The notes under the pieces were generated by a model. The model was not told the origin of the DNA, ran no database searches, and saw only the letters and a list, made by a program, of their open reading frames with translations. Both the position numbers and the translations under genes were made by a program. From a bacterium (GTDB lineage Archaea > Thermoplasmatota > Thermoplasmata > Lutacidiplasmatales > UBA184), in NCBI GenBank assembly GCA_027309555.1, contig DAIDCO010000003.1:6737-70736 (forward strand): a stretch of 64,000 nt of DNA. The letters run 5' to 3'. Positions 9,095 to 19,211 of this stretch are shown piece by piece (position 1 is the first letter of the stretch; every line of letters begins with the position of its first letter).

Positions 9095-10158
9095 GGCCCG
9101 GCCCCGATGAGCGATGCCTCCACGTGCGAGAGCTTGGCGAGCGTCTCGCGGAACTCTTGTGCGGGCCGGGAGCGGTACACGATCCCCGCTCCCGCCGCCG
9201 TGTAGAGGCGGGTCCCGGCGGCGAAGCCCATCCGGATCGCGAGAGCAAAGTCGGCCGGACCGTGCGAGCGAAGGAGCCCGACGGCTCCGGCGTACGGGCC
9301 TCTCCAGGTCTGCTCCTCCCGACGAAGGAGCTCGGTGGCCCGGATCTTCGGGGCCCCGCTGACGGTTCCCGCCGGGAACGTCGCCCCCAAGGCGTCCCAG
9401 GCGCTGACCCGGGGTCGGAGCTCGGCCTGCACCCGGCTCACGAGGTGGGAGAGGCGGGCATATCGTACGTGCCGCTCTTTCCAGCGCAGTCGCACGGAGC
9501 CCGGTCGCGCCAAGCGTCCGAGGTCGTTCCGCGCGAGGTCGACCAGCATGCGGTGCTCCGCGAGCTCTTTCGGGTCGACCCGAAGCGAAGCGCGGTGCGC
9601 GGACTCCGGGCCCTCCCAGGTCGTGCCAGCGATCGGGTCGATGGTCGCCCGGCGGCCTTCGACCTGGACGACCGCCTCGGGAGCCGCGCCGACGAGTTCC
9701 CGGTCCCCGAAGCGCAGATAGAAGAAGAACGCGTAGCGTTCCGTGGCTCGAAGCGAGCGAGCGCGGTCGAGGAGGTCGGCGGGACGTCTCCACTCGCGCC
9801 GGTGGGCGAGGACGACCTGGAACGCCTCCCCATCACGGATGTCCCGGCGGAGCCGGCGCACGCTCGCCTCGTACCGCGCGGCGGGGAGCGAATCCGCTTC
9901 GGGTACGAGGTGGGACGGGGGATGCGACGGGCCCAGCCGACGGCGCGGTACTCGCCGCACGACCGGGTCGCGGACGAACGCGAACTCCCCGAGCGGGAAC
10001 GGAGAGCCGGCCGGGAACGTGCGAAGCGCCGGTTCGAACAGCCCGACCGCGTCGAACCCCAGGTAGCCGAGGACCGCCGCGTGCGTCCGGCGGGCGAGGT
10101 GGCGATCGGCGACGCGGGCGAACTCGGCCACGTCGGTCGATCGGTCGAGCGCGCGCAC
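9091..10158 (-). CDS. trpE: anthranilate synthase component I
   Basis: Chorismate-binding-enzyme motifs (GAVGLL..., PKIRATELL). GTG start. At 355 aa it is short for TrpE. Confidence 0.8.
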   Translation of the reverse strand: MRALDRSTDVAEFARVADRHLARRTHAAVLGYLGFDAVGLFEPALRTFPAGSPFPLGEFAFVRDPVVRRVPRRRLGPSHPPSHLVPEADSLPAARYEASVRRLRRDIRDGEAFQVVLAHRREWRRPADLLDRARSLRATERYAFFFYLRFGDRELVGAAPEAVVQVEGRRATIDPIAGTTWEGPESAHRASLRVDPKELAEHRMLVDLARNDLGRLARPGSVRLRWKERHVRYARLSHLVSRVQAELRPRVSAWDALGATFPAGTVSGAPKIRATELLRREEQTWRGPYAGAVGLLRSHGPADFALAIRMGFAAGTRLYTAAGAGIVYRSRPAQEFRETLAKLSHVEASLIGAGP

Positions 10159-10280
10159 TTCGTCCGCCCGGGTGAAGGAGACCGCGAGCCCGGGGCCGTC
10201 CCCTCGGCCCGGGCCGCGTTCGAAGTATCCCGCGACCTCCCCACGCGCCGCGGCGCGAGCGAACGCGTCGAACGGGTCGG

Positions 10281-11603
10281 TCAGGGAATCACCTCGGTCA
10301 CGAGGGCCCGGTGGAGCTCGCGTAAGACCTCGGGGCCGCGTCGCTCGGGGACCGCGACCGAGAGCGCCCGCGGGGTCGCGCTGAACCCCTCCGCGCCGGC
10401 CAAGGCACTCGAGGGGATCCGGTCGAGATCGTCGAGGATCCCGTCGCCGATAGCGATGACGAGCGTGACCGGGTACGGGCCCTCGACCATCGCAGCGGCC
10501 TCGCGAGTGACCGGGGCAAGGGCTCGGATCGCCGCGACCACTTGACCCGGCTCGAACAGCAGACAGAGGAGCGCGGAGGAGGTGTAGAGTTGGACGAGAT
10601 TCACGCCGGCCGCGCTGAGTCGATGGGAGACCTCCGCGACGATCCCCGGTCGTTGACGTCCCCCGGGGACCCGGAGGCGGACGAGCCGCAGGGGCCGCAG
10701 CAGGGTCAGGGCGCGATTGCGTCGTCCCGTGCGGGCGGGTGCGATCGTCGTCACCACGCTCGGGTCGTCGAGCGAGCGCACGCGCAGGATCACGCTATGG
10801 GCGCGCGCCGGCTCGATCGTGAGCGGGTGGAGCACGCGGGCGCCGAACTGCGCGAGTTCCTCCGCTTCTTCGTAGGAAAGTTCGGGGATCGGCCGTGCGT
10901 CCGGGACCTCGTTCGGGTCGGCCGAGAGTACGGCGACGTGGCGTTTCACCAGTTCGACGCGAGAAGCCCCGATCAGCGCCCCGATGGCGGACGCCGCGTA
11001 GTCGGAGCCGCCGCGACCCAGCGTGGCCACCCGCCCCTCGAGGCTGCGGCCGAAGTACCCGGTCACGATCGGTACTTCCCCCCGAGCGAAGCGGCGCGCG
11101 AGCCCCCGCCGAACCGCCGATTGAGAGCGGTCGATCAGGATCAACGAGGCCCCGTAGGTGTTGTCGGTGATGAGCCCCAGGTGGTCGGCCTCGACCGGGG
11201 CCGCTGGGATGCCATCGGACCGAAGCCGGGCCGCGAGCCAGTGCACGGAAAGGCGCTCTCCCTGGCTCAGGAGCCGGTCCGCGAGCGGCGCGTCGTAGTG
11301 GCAGACCGACTCGATCTCGGAAAGCAGACGGCGGACGCGGTCGAAGAGCCGCCGGGCGTCGACCGGTAGGCCCGGATGTCTCCGGCGCAACTGGTCGAGG
11401 AGGGCGGCCCGGTGCGCCCCGACCGAGCGAGGGTGGGCGAGCGCGCCGCTCAACAGGTCGGTAACGCCCTGCCGCGCCGACGCGACCACGACGACCGGCG
11501 TTCCGTCCGCGCGAACGGCCGCGACGTCGCGGCCGACCTGCGCCGGGTCCTCGAGGGAAGCACCGCCGAATTTGAGGACGACCGGGGCGCGCGCGCGGGT
11601 CAC
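10281..11603 (-). CDS. lysC: aspartate kinase
   Basis: VVLKFGGASL N-terminal kinase motif and C-terminal ACT-like region. GTG start at 11603 preceded by GGAGGA, overlapping the asd stop (GTGA). The 538-aa track ORF is over-extended at its N-terminus. Confidence 0.8.
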   Translation of the reverse strand: MTRARAPVVLKFGGASLEDPAQVGRDVAAVRADGTPVVVVASARQGVTDLLSGALAHPRSVGAHRAALLDQLRRRHPGLPVDARRLFDRVRRLLSEIESVCHYDAPLADRLLSQGERLSVHWLAARLRSDGIPAAPVEADHLGLITDNTYGASLILIDRSQSAVRRGLARRFARGEVPIVTGYFGRSLEGRVATLGRGGSDYAASAIGALIGASRVELVKRHVAVLSADPNEVPDARPIPELSYEEAEELAQFGARVLHPLTIEPARAHSVILRVRSLDDPSVVTTIAPARTGRRNRALTLLRPLRLVRLRVPGGRQRPGIVAEVSHRLSAAGVNLVQLYTSSALLCLLFEPGQVVAAIRALAPVTREAAAMVEGPYPVTLVIAIGDGILDDLDRIPSSALAGAEGFSATPRALSVAVPERRGPEVLRELHRALVTEVIP

Positions 11604-12685
11604 TGCGATGATCCTCCCTTGGTCCGAAGCGCCCCGCGGAGGAGGGCCAGCTCCGCGTTCAGGACGGAGCCGCCGGCGCCCCCCCGCACGGCATTGTGCG
11701 ACAGCACGAAGAACCGCAAGTAGGGCGGCGTCCAGCGGACGCGACCGACCACGGCCGCCATGCCGCGCGCCCGAGGCGGAGTGCCCGCCCATCGGTCGCG
11801 CAGCGGCTGCGGCCGATCGCTCTCGCGACGGAGCTCGATCGGGGGATGGGGCGCGGTCGGTAGGTCGAGCCCGCCGAGCGGGTCGAACGCGGTCCACGCG
11901 GCTTCGATCTCCGCCCGGTCCGGTCGGCGGCGGGCCTCGACGGTGACGGCCTCGAGATGGCCCTCCCGAGTCCCCACCCGGGCGCAGTGGGCGAGGATCG
12001 GGGTCGCGAGCGGCACGACCCGGGCTCCCCGTCGGGTCCCGAGGATACGAGCGGTCTCGCGGGCCATCTTCTCCTCTTCCTCCCGAATGAACGGCACCAC
12101 GTTGTCGGTGATCGTGAGGGAGGGCACCCCGGGGTATCCGGCCCCCGAGAGCGCCTGGTAGGTCGCGACGTGGACGGCGGTCGGGCGGAGGAGTTCCACG
12201 ATCGGGGCGAGGGCGAGCACGAGCCCGGTCGTCGAGCAGTTCGGGTTCGTCACGAGGACTCCGTGGTCGCTTCTGCCGCTCCGGCCGAGGAGTCCGAGAT
12301 GGTCGCCGTTCACTTCGGGTACGAGCAGCGGGAAGCCGGGGTCCAGCCGGTGGTCCGCGGCATTCGAGAAGACGTTCACGCCCCGACGGACGAGCTCCTG
12401 TTCGATCGGTCCGGCCGTGCCCGAAGGGAGCGCGGAGAAGACGACTCGGACCCCCGCCCGCTCTAGACGTGCCGGGGTCCAGCCCTCGATCGGGCGCTCG
12501 GCGAGCGACGACGGCGGGGGCTCCGCGAGCAACCAGACGTCGCCGAGTCGCTTCCCCTCTGACCGCTCGCCCGCTCCGAGGAGGGGGAGGTCGAAACGGG
12601 GATGGTCGGAGAGCAGCCGGGCAAAATGCTGGCCGATGTAGCCGCTAGCGCCCAGGATCGCGGTCGGGATCGGAGCATCGGTCAT
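11600..12685 (-). CDS. asd: aspartate-semialdehyde dehydrogenase
   Basis: ILGASGYIGQ NAD-binding motif and NPNCSTTGLVLAL active-site Cys region. ATG at 12685 overlaps the aroC stop. Confidence 0.85.
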   Translation of the reverse strand: MTDAPIPTAILGASGYIGQHFARLLSDHPRFDLPLLGAGERSEGKRLGDVWLLAEPPPSSLAERPIEGWTPARLERAGVRVVFSALPSGTAGPIEQELVRRGVNVFSNAADHRLDPGFPLLVPEVNGDHLGLLGRSGRSDHGVLVTNPNCSTTGLVLALAPIVELLRPTAVHVATYQALSGAGYPGVPSLTITDNVVPFIREEEEKMARETARILGTRRGARVVPLATPILAHCARVGTREGHLEAVTVEARRRPDRAEIEAAWTAFDPLGGLDLPTAPHPPIELRRESDRPQPLRDRWAGTPPRARGMAAVVGRVRWTPPYLRFFVLSHNAVRGGAGGSVLNAELALLRGALRTKGGSSQ

Positions 12686-13770
12686 GCGAGGTACCGTCCG
12701 CGAAGCGCGAGGTCGGCGAGGGCGATGGCGGTCACCGACTCGAGTACAACCACCGCGCGCGGAACGATGCACGGGTCGTGGCGGCCGGTGACCACGAGCG
12801 ACGTCGAGAGCCCCGTGCCGAGGTCGACCGTGCGCTGGGGCCGCGCGATCGAGCTGGTCGGTTTCACCGCGACCCGGAAGACGATCGGCATCCCCGTGGC
12901 GAGGCCGCCCAGGATCCCGCCCGCATGATTCGTTTCCGTCACGACGGTCCCGTCCTTCCAAACGAACGGGTCGTTGTGCTCGCTCCCGCGCAGGCGCGCG
13001 GCGGCGAAACCGGAGCCGAACTCCACGGCCTTGACCGCCGGGACCGAGAAGACCGCGTGCGCGATCACGCTCTCGATCGAGTCGAAGAACGGTTCTCCGA
13101 GGCCGACGGGGACGCCGGTCGCCCGGACCTCGACGATACCCCCCACGCTGTCGCCGTCGCGCCGGGCTTCGGCGATCGCCTTCTCCATCCGACGGGCAGC
13201 CTCGGGGTCCGGTGCACCGACCTCGTTCGAGGCGGCGCGCGCCCGTAGGTCGGAGTTCTCGATCGTTTCGGGCACGGGGGCCTCCACTCCCGCGATCGAC
13301 CGAGTGAAGGCAACGAGGTCGACGCCGAGCGGCCGAAGCAGTTCGCGCGCGATCGCCCCGCCGATGACGAGGCCGACGGTCATGCGACCGGAGAAGATCC
13401 CTCCGCCCGAGAGGTCCGCCTCCGCGCCGTAGCGGACCCGGGCCGGATAGTCGGCGTGGCCGGGCCGGGGCGTGTTCCCCATACGATCGTAGGCCTCGCG
13501 CCGGACGTCCTCGTTCGCGACGTGGGCGCGGAACACTCCGCCGGTCGCGCGGCCGTGGTCGACGCCGGAGTCGATGAGAAGTCGGTCCTCCTCCTGGCGT
13601 TTCGTCGCGAGGCGCCGGCCGACCGGCCGCCGGCGGTCGAGCTGCGATTGGATCCCCACCGGGTCGATTGGGGTCCCTGCGGGGATCCCCTCGATGGAGA
13701 CCCCGACCTCGGGTCCATGGCTCGTGCCGTGGAGCGTCACGCGGAACCGCTCTCCCAAACGCATCGTCAT
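12682..13770 (-). CDS. aroC: chorismate synthase
   Basis: 362 aa, GESHGP-like (GTSHGPEVG) and RPGHADY motifs. ATG at 13770 overlaps the aroA stop. Confidence 0.85.
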   Translation of the reverse strand: MTMRLGERFRVTLHGTSHGPEVGVSIEGIPAGTPIDPVGIQSQLDRRRPVGRRLATKRQEEDRLLIDSGVDHGRATGGVFRAHVANEDVRREAYDRMGNTPRPGHADYPARVRYGAEADLSGGGIFSGRMTVGLVIGGAIARELLRPLGVDLVAFTRSIAGVEAPVPETIENSDLRARAASNEVGAPDPEAARRMEKAIAEARRDGDSVGGIVEVRATGVPVGLGEPFFDSIESVIAHAVFSVPAVKAVEFGSGFAAARLRGSEHNDPFVWKDGTVVTETNHAGGILGGLATGMPIVFRVAVKPTSSIARPQRTVDLGTGLSTSLVVTGRHDPCIVPRAVVVLESVTAIALADLALRGRYLA

Positions 13771-15044
13771 GCGCCGATGCTCCCCGACGCCACGCGACCG
13801 AGCGCCTCCCAGAACCCCGGGAAGGACTTCCGCACCGCGCGGCCGTCCCCGATCGTCGACGGCCCGTCCGCCGCCAGCGCGCCGACCGCGGCGCTCATGA
13901 CGAGGCGGTGGTCCGATAGTCCCCGGAGCGCGACCGGCCGAAGGCGCGTCGAACCCTCGATCGCGAGCCCGCTCCCGAGAGACCGGGGCCGGGCGCCGAA
14001 GGCGGTGACGAGCCGGACGGTCTCCCCGCGCCGGTCCGATTCCTTGAGGGCGACGTGCGCCGCTCCGCGGATCACGCTGCGTCCCGGGGTCGCTGCCGCG
14101 AGCACGCCGACCAGGGGATAGAGGTCCGGCGCGTCCGTCAGGTCCACTGAGAACGGCCGAAGTCGGCCCCCGGACACCACGGCTCCCGAGGGGGTCCGCT
14201 CGACGACCGCCCCGGCCCGGTCGAGCACCGAAAGGATGGCGAGGTCGGCCTGCGGCCAGGCCCCGGGCAGTCCGTCGATGCGGACCCGCCCGCCGGTAAC
14301 GGCGGCGGCCGACCAGAAGTAGGCCGCGGAGGAGGCATCGCCCGGGACCCCGAAGCGTCGCCCGGTGTACCGCTGTTCGCCGGGCACCCGAATGCGTCGC
14401 CCTCGCCGCCCAAGCCGCAGGCCGTGATGTCGGAGCACGGCAAGGGTCGCCTCGAGATACGGACGGGAGACGATCCGCCCCGTGAGCCGAATCTCCGACT
14501 CGCCCGAGAGCGTCGGGAGCACGAAGAGGAGCGCCGAGGCGAACTGGGAGCTTTCGGACGCGTCGATCGCGACGCGGCCGGCGTGGATCGGGCCCCGGAC
14601 GGTGAGCGGCAAGCCTCCGTAGGGGTGTGCGCAACGGCACGTCGCTCCGAGCCCCCGCAGCGCTCCGAGCAGACGCTCCATCGGTCGTCGTGGGAGGCGC
14701 CCCCGCCCCTCGAGCGTCACCGAGCGCGATTCCCGAGCGGCGAGGGCTGCGATGAAGCGCAGGGTCGTTCCCGACTCGCCGCAATCGATGACGACGTCGG
14801 TCGAACGTCGCCGGGCGGCCGCCGGACGGAGCGCCCAGTGATGGGGCCGGCGCTCGACGTGCGTTCCCAGGAGTGCGATCGCGCGGGCGGTGGCGCGAGT
14901 GTCCTCGGAGTCCAGCGGTCGGTCGATGCGGAAGGGACGATCGGCGAGATGCCCGGTGACGAGGGCTCGGTGCGTGTAGCTCTTCGAGGGCGGAGCCCGG
15001 TGCCGACCCGACGCGACCGCCGGTCGCACCCGGACCGTGCTCAC
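13767..15044 (-). CDS. aroA: 3-phosphoshikimate 1-carboxyvinyltransferase (EPSP synthase)
   Basis: KSYTHRAL hallmark. About 425 aa from a GTG start, overlapping the shikimate kinase stop. Confidence 0.85.
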   Translation of the reverse strand: MSTVRVRPAVASGRHRAPPSKSYTHRALVTGHLADRPFRIDRPLDSEDTRATARAIALLGTHVERRPHHWALRPAAARRRSTDVVIDCGESGTTLRFIAALAARESRSVTLEGRGRLPRRPMERLLGALRGLGATCRCAHPYGGLPLTVRGPIHAGRVAIDASESSQFASALLFVLPTLSGESEIRLTGRIVSRPYLEATLAVLRHHGLRLGRRGRRIRVPGEQRYTGRRFGVPGDASSAAYFWSAAAVTGGRVRIDGLPGAWPQADLAILSVLDRAGAVVERTPSGAVVSGGRLRPFSVDLTDAPDLYPLVGVLAAATPGRSVIRGAAHVALKESDRRGETVRLVTAFGARPRSLGSGLAIEGSTRLRPVALRGLSDHRLVMSAAVGALAADGPSTIGDGRAVRKSFPGFWEALGRVASGSIGA

Positions 15045-15919
15045 GGGCTCCTCCCTTCGGACGTCGCCACCGACCCGTTCACACGCACGCGCAGGCGTTC
15101 GCCTGCCTGGTGCGCCAGGACCTCGAGGACCGCGGGGATCTGCCCCGAAGGGGCGATCGCAGCGAGCGCCGGACCGAGGCCGCTCACGCCGGCGGCGAGC
15201 GCCCCGACTCGGAGAAGCTCGGCACGGAGGTTCTCGTAGGAGTACCCCATGACCCGCTCGACGATCTCGGTGTTCCGGGCGAGGGCTTCCCACCATCTTC
15301 CCGACCGGGCCGCCTCGACCGCCGCGGTCCCACGGGCCGCTTCGGCCGCGAACGCGCGGGCCCACTCGGGGGAGGGGCGGTGCCGAGCCGGCGGGACGAG
15401 GATCGCGGCCTCCCAATCGGCGCCGGGGGACTCCGTGCGGAGGAGCGAACCCGTGCGATTGTCGGTGAGAACGAATCCCGGTCGGAGGCCGGCGAGCGCG
15501 TCGTCGAACGCGCCCGTGGCACTGACCCCGGAGGCGCGACCCGCCCGGGCGGAAAGCCGAGCGACCTCTTCGAGCGAGGTCCGCGCGCCGAGTGCTTCCG
15601 CGACTGCTCGGACGGTGGCGCTCGCGACCGCGCTCGAGCTCTTGAGCCCTCGAGCGACGGGGATCTCCGAGCGGATGCGAAGGTCGCCCACGATTCCCGT
15701 CTCCGGGAGGAACCGCTCGGCCGCGAGGCGAAACGCCGACTCGACGAGCGGCGTGCGTTGGTCGGCGGCGATGCGCAGTTCGGACGGAACCCCCGGGGCG
15801 GCCGCGTCGAGCGTCACGGTGACCTCCGCGCCGAGATCGATCCCGAGGGCGCAACCGACCCCGGTCGGCAGCGCGTTGATGACCGTGACCGCCGAGGTGG
15901 CTCGGCCTACGCCGCGCAT
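15041..15919 (-). CDS. archaeal-type (GHMP family) shikimate kinase
   Basis: 292 aa, with GHMP motif PVARGLKSSSAVASA. The archaeal enzyme is GHMP-type and unrelated to bacterial AroK. Confidence 0.8.
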   Translation of the reverse strand: MRGVGRATSAVTVINALPTGVGCALGIDLGAEVTVTLDAAAPGVPSELRIAADQRTPLVESAFRLAAERFLPETGIVGDLRIRSEIPVARGLKSSSAVASATVRAVAEALGARTSLEEVARLSARAGRASGVSATGAFDDALAGLRPGFVLTDNRTGSLLRTESPGADWEAAILVPPARHRPSPEWARAFAAEAARGTAAVEAARSGRWWEALARNTEIVERVMGYSYENLRAELLRVGALAAGVSGLGPALAAIAPSGQIPAVLEVLAHQAGERLRVRVNGSVATSEGRSP

Positions 15920-17418
15920 CCTTCCTCCGCGAGGGTACGTGTGATCTCCTCGGGTTCGGGCTCCTCTCCCCACCAGACGCCAAAGCTGGCCGCCGCCTGA
16001 TAGACGAGCAGGCGTCGTCCATCCTCGTACGTCGCACCGGCGTGCACCGCGGTCGCGCGCACGTAGGGATCCTCGGGGTCGTACACCCAGTCCAGCACAT
16101 GGGTGCCCCGCGCGACCAGGCGGGAGAGCGGGAGCTCGAGGGGGCCCGTGCCCCCCCGGCCTACATCGGTGGCCTGGACCACGAGCGTCTCCCCCCTCGC
16201 ATCGGCTGCGGCCGGAGCCTCGGCTCCGAACGTCCGAGCGACTTCGACCGTCGGTTCGCGCCGCCGACCGTAGACCCGGATCTCGGCCCCGAAGGTCCGC
16301 GCGGCGGCCAGGGTCGCCCGGGCCGCGCCCCCCGTCCCAAGGACCGCGAGGGCCTTCCCGTCCCAGCGTCCGTCGCGACGCAGCTCCTCGAGGCGGCGGA
16401 GGATCGCCGCGAGGTCGGTATTCTCCGCTTCCACCTCTTCGCCCCGCAGCGTGAGGCAATTCGCGACGCCGCACGTACGGGCGCCCGCTCCGACCCCGGT
16501 CGCCACGGCGAGCGCGGCCGGCTTCAGTGGGTGGGTGATATTGAGGCCCCGGAACCCCCAACCCGCGAGCAGCGGCAGGGCCCGAACGAACTCTCCTTCC
16601 GTCTCGAAGTCGAGCGCCACGTAGAGTCCGGTCCGATGGGTGGAATGCATCCAGCGGGAGTGGAGCGCGGGGCTGCGGGAGTGAGCGACCGGGTGCCCCG
16701 CGAGCCCGAACACTGGAGCGGGGTCGCGCGAGCGCAAGAACGGTCCGAGGCGGTCGACCGGGATCTGGCTCGCCTCGACCGGGGGTCGACTCGCGCCGGG
16801 TCGGAGGTCGTCAGGAAGGGCCGCGTATACGACCGGGAAGCCGAGCCGACGGGCGAGGAGCCGCAACAGTGGGCCCGAGGGCCCGGTCGTGAGCGCGACG
16901 AGCGGCGACTCGCCGGCGGGCGGGAGACCCGGCAAGAGCTCGGTCAGGGCCTGGACCACGGACGCGCGAACGACGACCTTGCGGATGGACCCCGGGTCCG
17001 GCTCCTCCCGGACCGAGCGCGCCCACTCCTCGGCGGTCACCGGGCCGGTCCGGTGGGACGAGACGATCCGACCGAGGGTCTCGGGCGGCGGAAGCCGAAG
17101 TAGCCCCGGGGAGTCTCGCGCCGCCTCGAGGTCGATCCAGCGGAACGGAAGCCGGGCGAGCTGCTCGAGGATCGGGGCGCGCTCAGCCCCTGCGTCCGGT
17201 CCCGAACCCCCCTCGGCACGGGAGCGCAACGTGGCGAGGAGCGGGAGCGGAGCGGGAAACAGCTCGGCGGCGCGCGCGAGCTCCGCGGGAGCCCAGCGGT
17301 CGAACCGGATCTCGGCGAGGTCAGCCCCCGCGCTGGCCGCCGCACCCACGAGCGTCTTCGCCTCCGCGACGGTCGCGGCGGGCACGGACACGATGAGGGC
17401 GGGAGTGCGCTCGTTCAT
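15907..17418 (-). CDS. aroDE: bifunctional 3-dehydroquinate dehydratase (type I) / shikimate dehydrogenase
   Basis: N-terminal half is AroD-like (ADLAEIRFD). C-terminal half is AroE-like (GLAGHPVAHSRSPALHS, GLNITHPLK, GTGGAARA). The result is a 503-aa fusion. Confidence 0.8.
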   Translation of the reverse strand: MNERTPALIVSVPAATVAEAKTLVGAAASAGADLAEIRFDRWAPAELARAAELFPAPLPLLATLRSRAEGGSGPDAGAERAPILEQLARLPFRWIDLEAARDSPGLLRLPPPETLGRIVSSHRTGPVTAEEWARSVREEPDPGSIRKVVVRASVVQALTELLPGLPPAGESPLVALTTGPSGPLLRLLARRLGFPVVYAALPDDLRPGASRPPVEASQIPVDRLGPFLRSRDPAPVFGLAGHPVAHSRSPALHSRWMHSTHRTGLYVALDFETEGEFVRALPLLAGWGFRGLNITHPLKPAALAVATGVGAGARTCGVANCLTLRGEEVEAENTDLAAILRRLEELRRDGRWDGKALAVLGTGGAARATLAAARTFGAEIRVYGRRREPTVEVARTFGAEAPAAADARGETLVVQATDVGRGGTGPLELPLSRLVARGTHVLDWVYDPEDPYVRATAVHAGATYEDGRRLLVYQAAASFGVWWGEEPEPEEITRTLAEEGCAA

Positions 17419-18446
17419 CGTTCTTCGATCGTCTCGTCGATGGCATGGCCGAGGTGGCGGGCTGCCGGCAGCCGGACTCCGAGTACCTTCGCGCCGACAT
17501 CGAGGTCCGTGGTCGCCACGCGACCCGACTCGGTCGAGACTCGGACGGTCTCAGCCTCTTGAAGGAAGAGCGTCCGTCGTTGGCCGTCGTCGTCCCCCAC
17601 GAGGACGTCGAGCGGACGACGCTCGATCTTGATGCGGCCCACGCGGACGGCGCGGGCCGCTCCCCGCGGCTCGACGACGAGGACGGCGTCGCCCGCGGCC
17701 AGCTCGGCGAGGTACCGCGTGGAGCCGTCGGCCATCAGGACGTACGAATGCGCAGCACCGGCGTTGACCCGGAACGGCCGGGGCCGGCTGAACTTTGAGC
17801 CGACGGCTTCGCTCGCCACATGGAAGAGGAAGGCAGCGACGCTTCCGACGAGGAGGCCCTCGGCGGGGCGCAGGATCGAGGTGGTGTCGACGATGACCCG
17901 GTCACCGACTCCGACGGGCCGGAGCTCGGTGATCGGGATCGCGGTCCAATCGAGCCCCGCCGGCAGCGGCCCGTCCACGATCCCTTCGAGCCGGTCGACG
18001 TCCTCGGCGGCGCGGACCTCGACCAGGACCCGGTCCGCCCCGTGCTCGAGCGCGCCGAGGGCCGCCGGCACTTCCGACGGACCGCGGGCGTACACCCAGA
18101 GCTCGAACCGCCGGCCGCGGGCCGCGATCGCGTTCTCGAGCGGGATGACTCGGTCGGAGGTCCACTCGATGGCCAGGATCCCCCCGGCGGCCATCCCCTG
18201 CACGGCGTGGCGAAGTCCGAGCTCGTCCGAGACGGGGAGGATCGGGACGGGATTCGCGTCCGGGTCGGCGCGGAAGAGGTGGTTCCCATCCCGCCGGATC
18301 ATCTCCTCATCGGCCAAGGGTGCGAGGGCGGAGGTCCGATCGACGACGAACGAGCGGAAACCGCGTCGGCGCGCCCGATCGACGATCACCGCGATCGCGG
18401 CAGCATCGGTCGAGACCGGTGCGATCGTGACTCGCTCGCGTGTCAT
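17415..18446 (-). CDS. aroB': 3-dehydroquinate synthase II (archaeal AroB', ADH-dependent)
   Basis: 343 aa resembling the MJ1249-family DHQ synthase II. Co-operonic with the ADH synthase gene. Confidence 0.75.
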   Translation of the reverse strand: MTRERVTIAPVSTDAAAIAVIVDRARRRGFRSFVVDRTSALAPLADEEMIRRDGNHLFRADPDANPVPILPVSDELGLRHAVQGMAAGGILAIEWTSDRVIPLENAIAARGRRFELWVYARGPSEVPAALGALEHGADRVLVEVRAAEDVDRLEGIVDGPLPAGLDWTAIPITELRPVGVGDRVIVDTTSILRPAEGLLVGSVAAFLFHVASEAVGSKFSRPRPFRVNAGAAHSYVLMADGSTRYLAELAAGDAVLVVEPRGAARAVRVGRIKIERRPLDVLVGDDDGQRRTLFLQEAETVRVSTESGRVATTDLDVGAKVLGVRLPAARHLGHAIDETIEER

Positions 18447-18458
18447 CGGCGGAGCTCC

Positions 18459-19211
18459 CTACCCGCCGCCGTGCAGGACCTCGGCGATGCGACGTGCGAG
18501 GGGACCGACCGGCCGACGCTGGAACAAGTTGCGGCCGATGCAGATGCCGCCCCCGCCCGCTGCGACGCTATCGGAGACGATCCGGAGGAACTCGGCTTCC
18601 TCGTCCAGGCGTACGCCGCCTCCGATGAGGACCGGCACAGGGGTCGTTCGGCAAAGCTTCGCGAACTCGTCGCGAGATCCGGGATAGCTCGTCTTCACGA
18701 TGTCGGCCCCGGTGTCGGCCGCGGCCCGCGCTGCATGACGAAGCTCGTCCGGGGAACCACCGGTCCCCTTCTTGACGTAGGCCATGCAGAGCAGCGGGAG
18801 GCCGAGCCGACGGCACTCATCGGCCGCGATCCCGAGGTCCCGCAGCATGTCGGGCTCCTCGGGGATCCCGAAGTTCACCTGGACCGAGAGGAGGTCCGCA
18901 CCGAGGCTCACCGCCTCCTCGGCGGTACCGACGAGCACCTTCCGATTCGAGGTGGGACCGAGGCTCGTCGACGCGGAGACGTGGACGCCGAGCCGCGTCG
19001 TCGGCTCTAGTACGGGCACGAGCTCGCGGACCGCCCCCTTCGTGACGATGAGCAGGTCGGCGCCTCCCTCCTGCAACTCGGTCGCGAGCGGCGCGAGCTC
19101 TTCGAGGCCGTCGATCGGGCCCATCGACACGGGGTGGTCGAGCGGGACCGAGAAGAGCCGTCGGCGCGGGTCGGGGAAGAGGCGCTTCAGTCGGACCGTT
19201 TTTCCATACAT
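18459..19211 (-). CDS. aroA': 2-amino-3,7-dideoxy-D-threo-hept-6-ulosonate (ADH) synthase (class I aldolase, AroA')
   Basis: 250 aa, DhnA-type class I aldolase with Schiff-base Lys region (DIVKTSYPG). First gene of the aro super-operon. Confidence 0.75.
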   Translation of the reverse strand: MYGKTVRLKRLFPDPRRRLFSVPLDHPVSMGPIDGLEELAPLATELQEGGADLLIVTKGAVRELVPVLEPTTRLGVHVSASTSLGPTSNRKVLVGTAEEAVSLGADLLSVQVNFGIPEEPDMLRDLGIAADECRRLGLPLLCMAYVKKGTGGSPDELRHAARAAADTGADIVKTSYPGSRDEFAKLCRTTPVPVLIGGGVRLDEEAEFLRIVSDSVAAGGGGICIGRNLFQRRPVGPLARRIAEVLHGGG

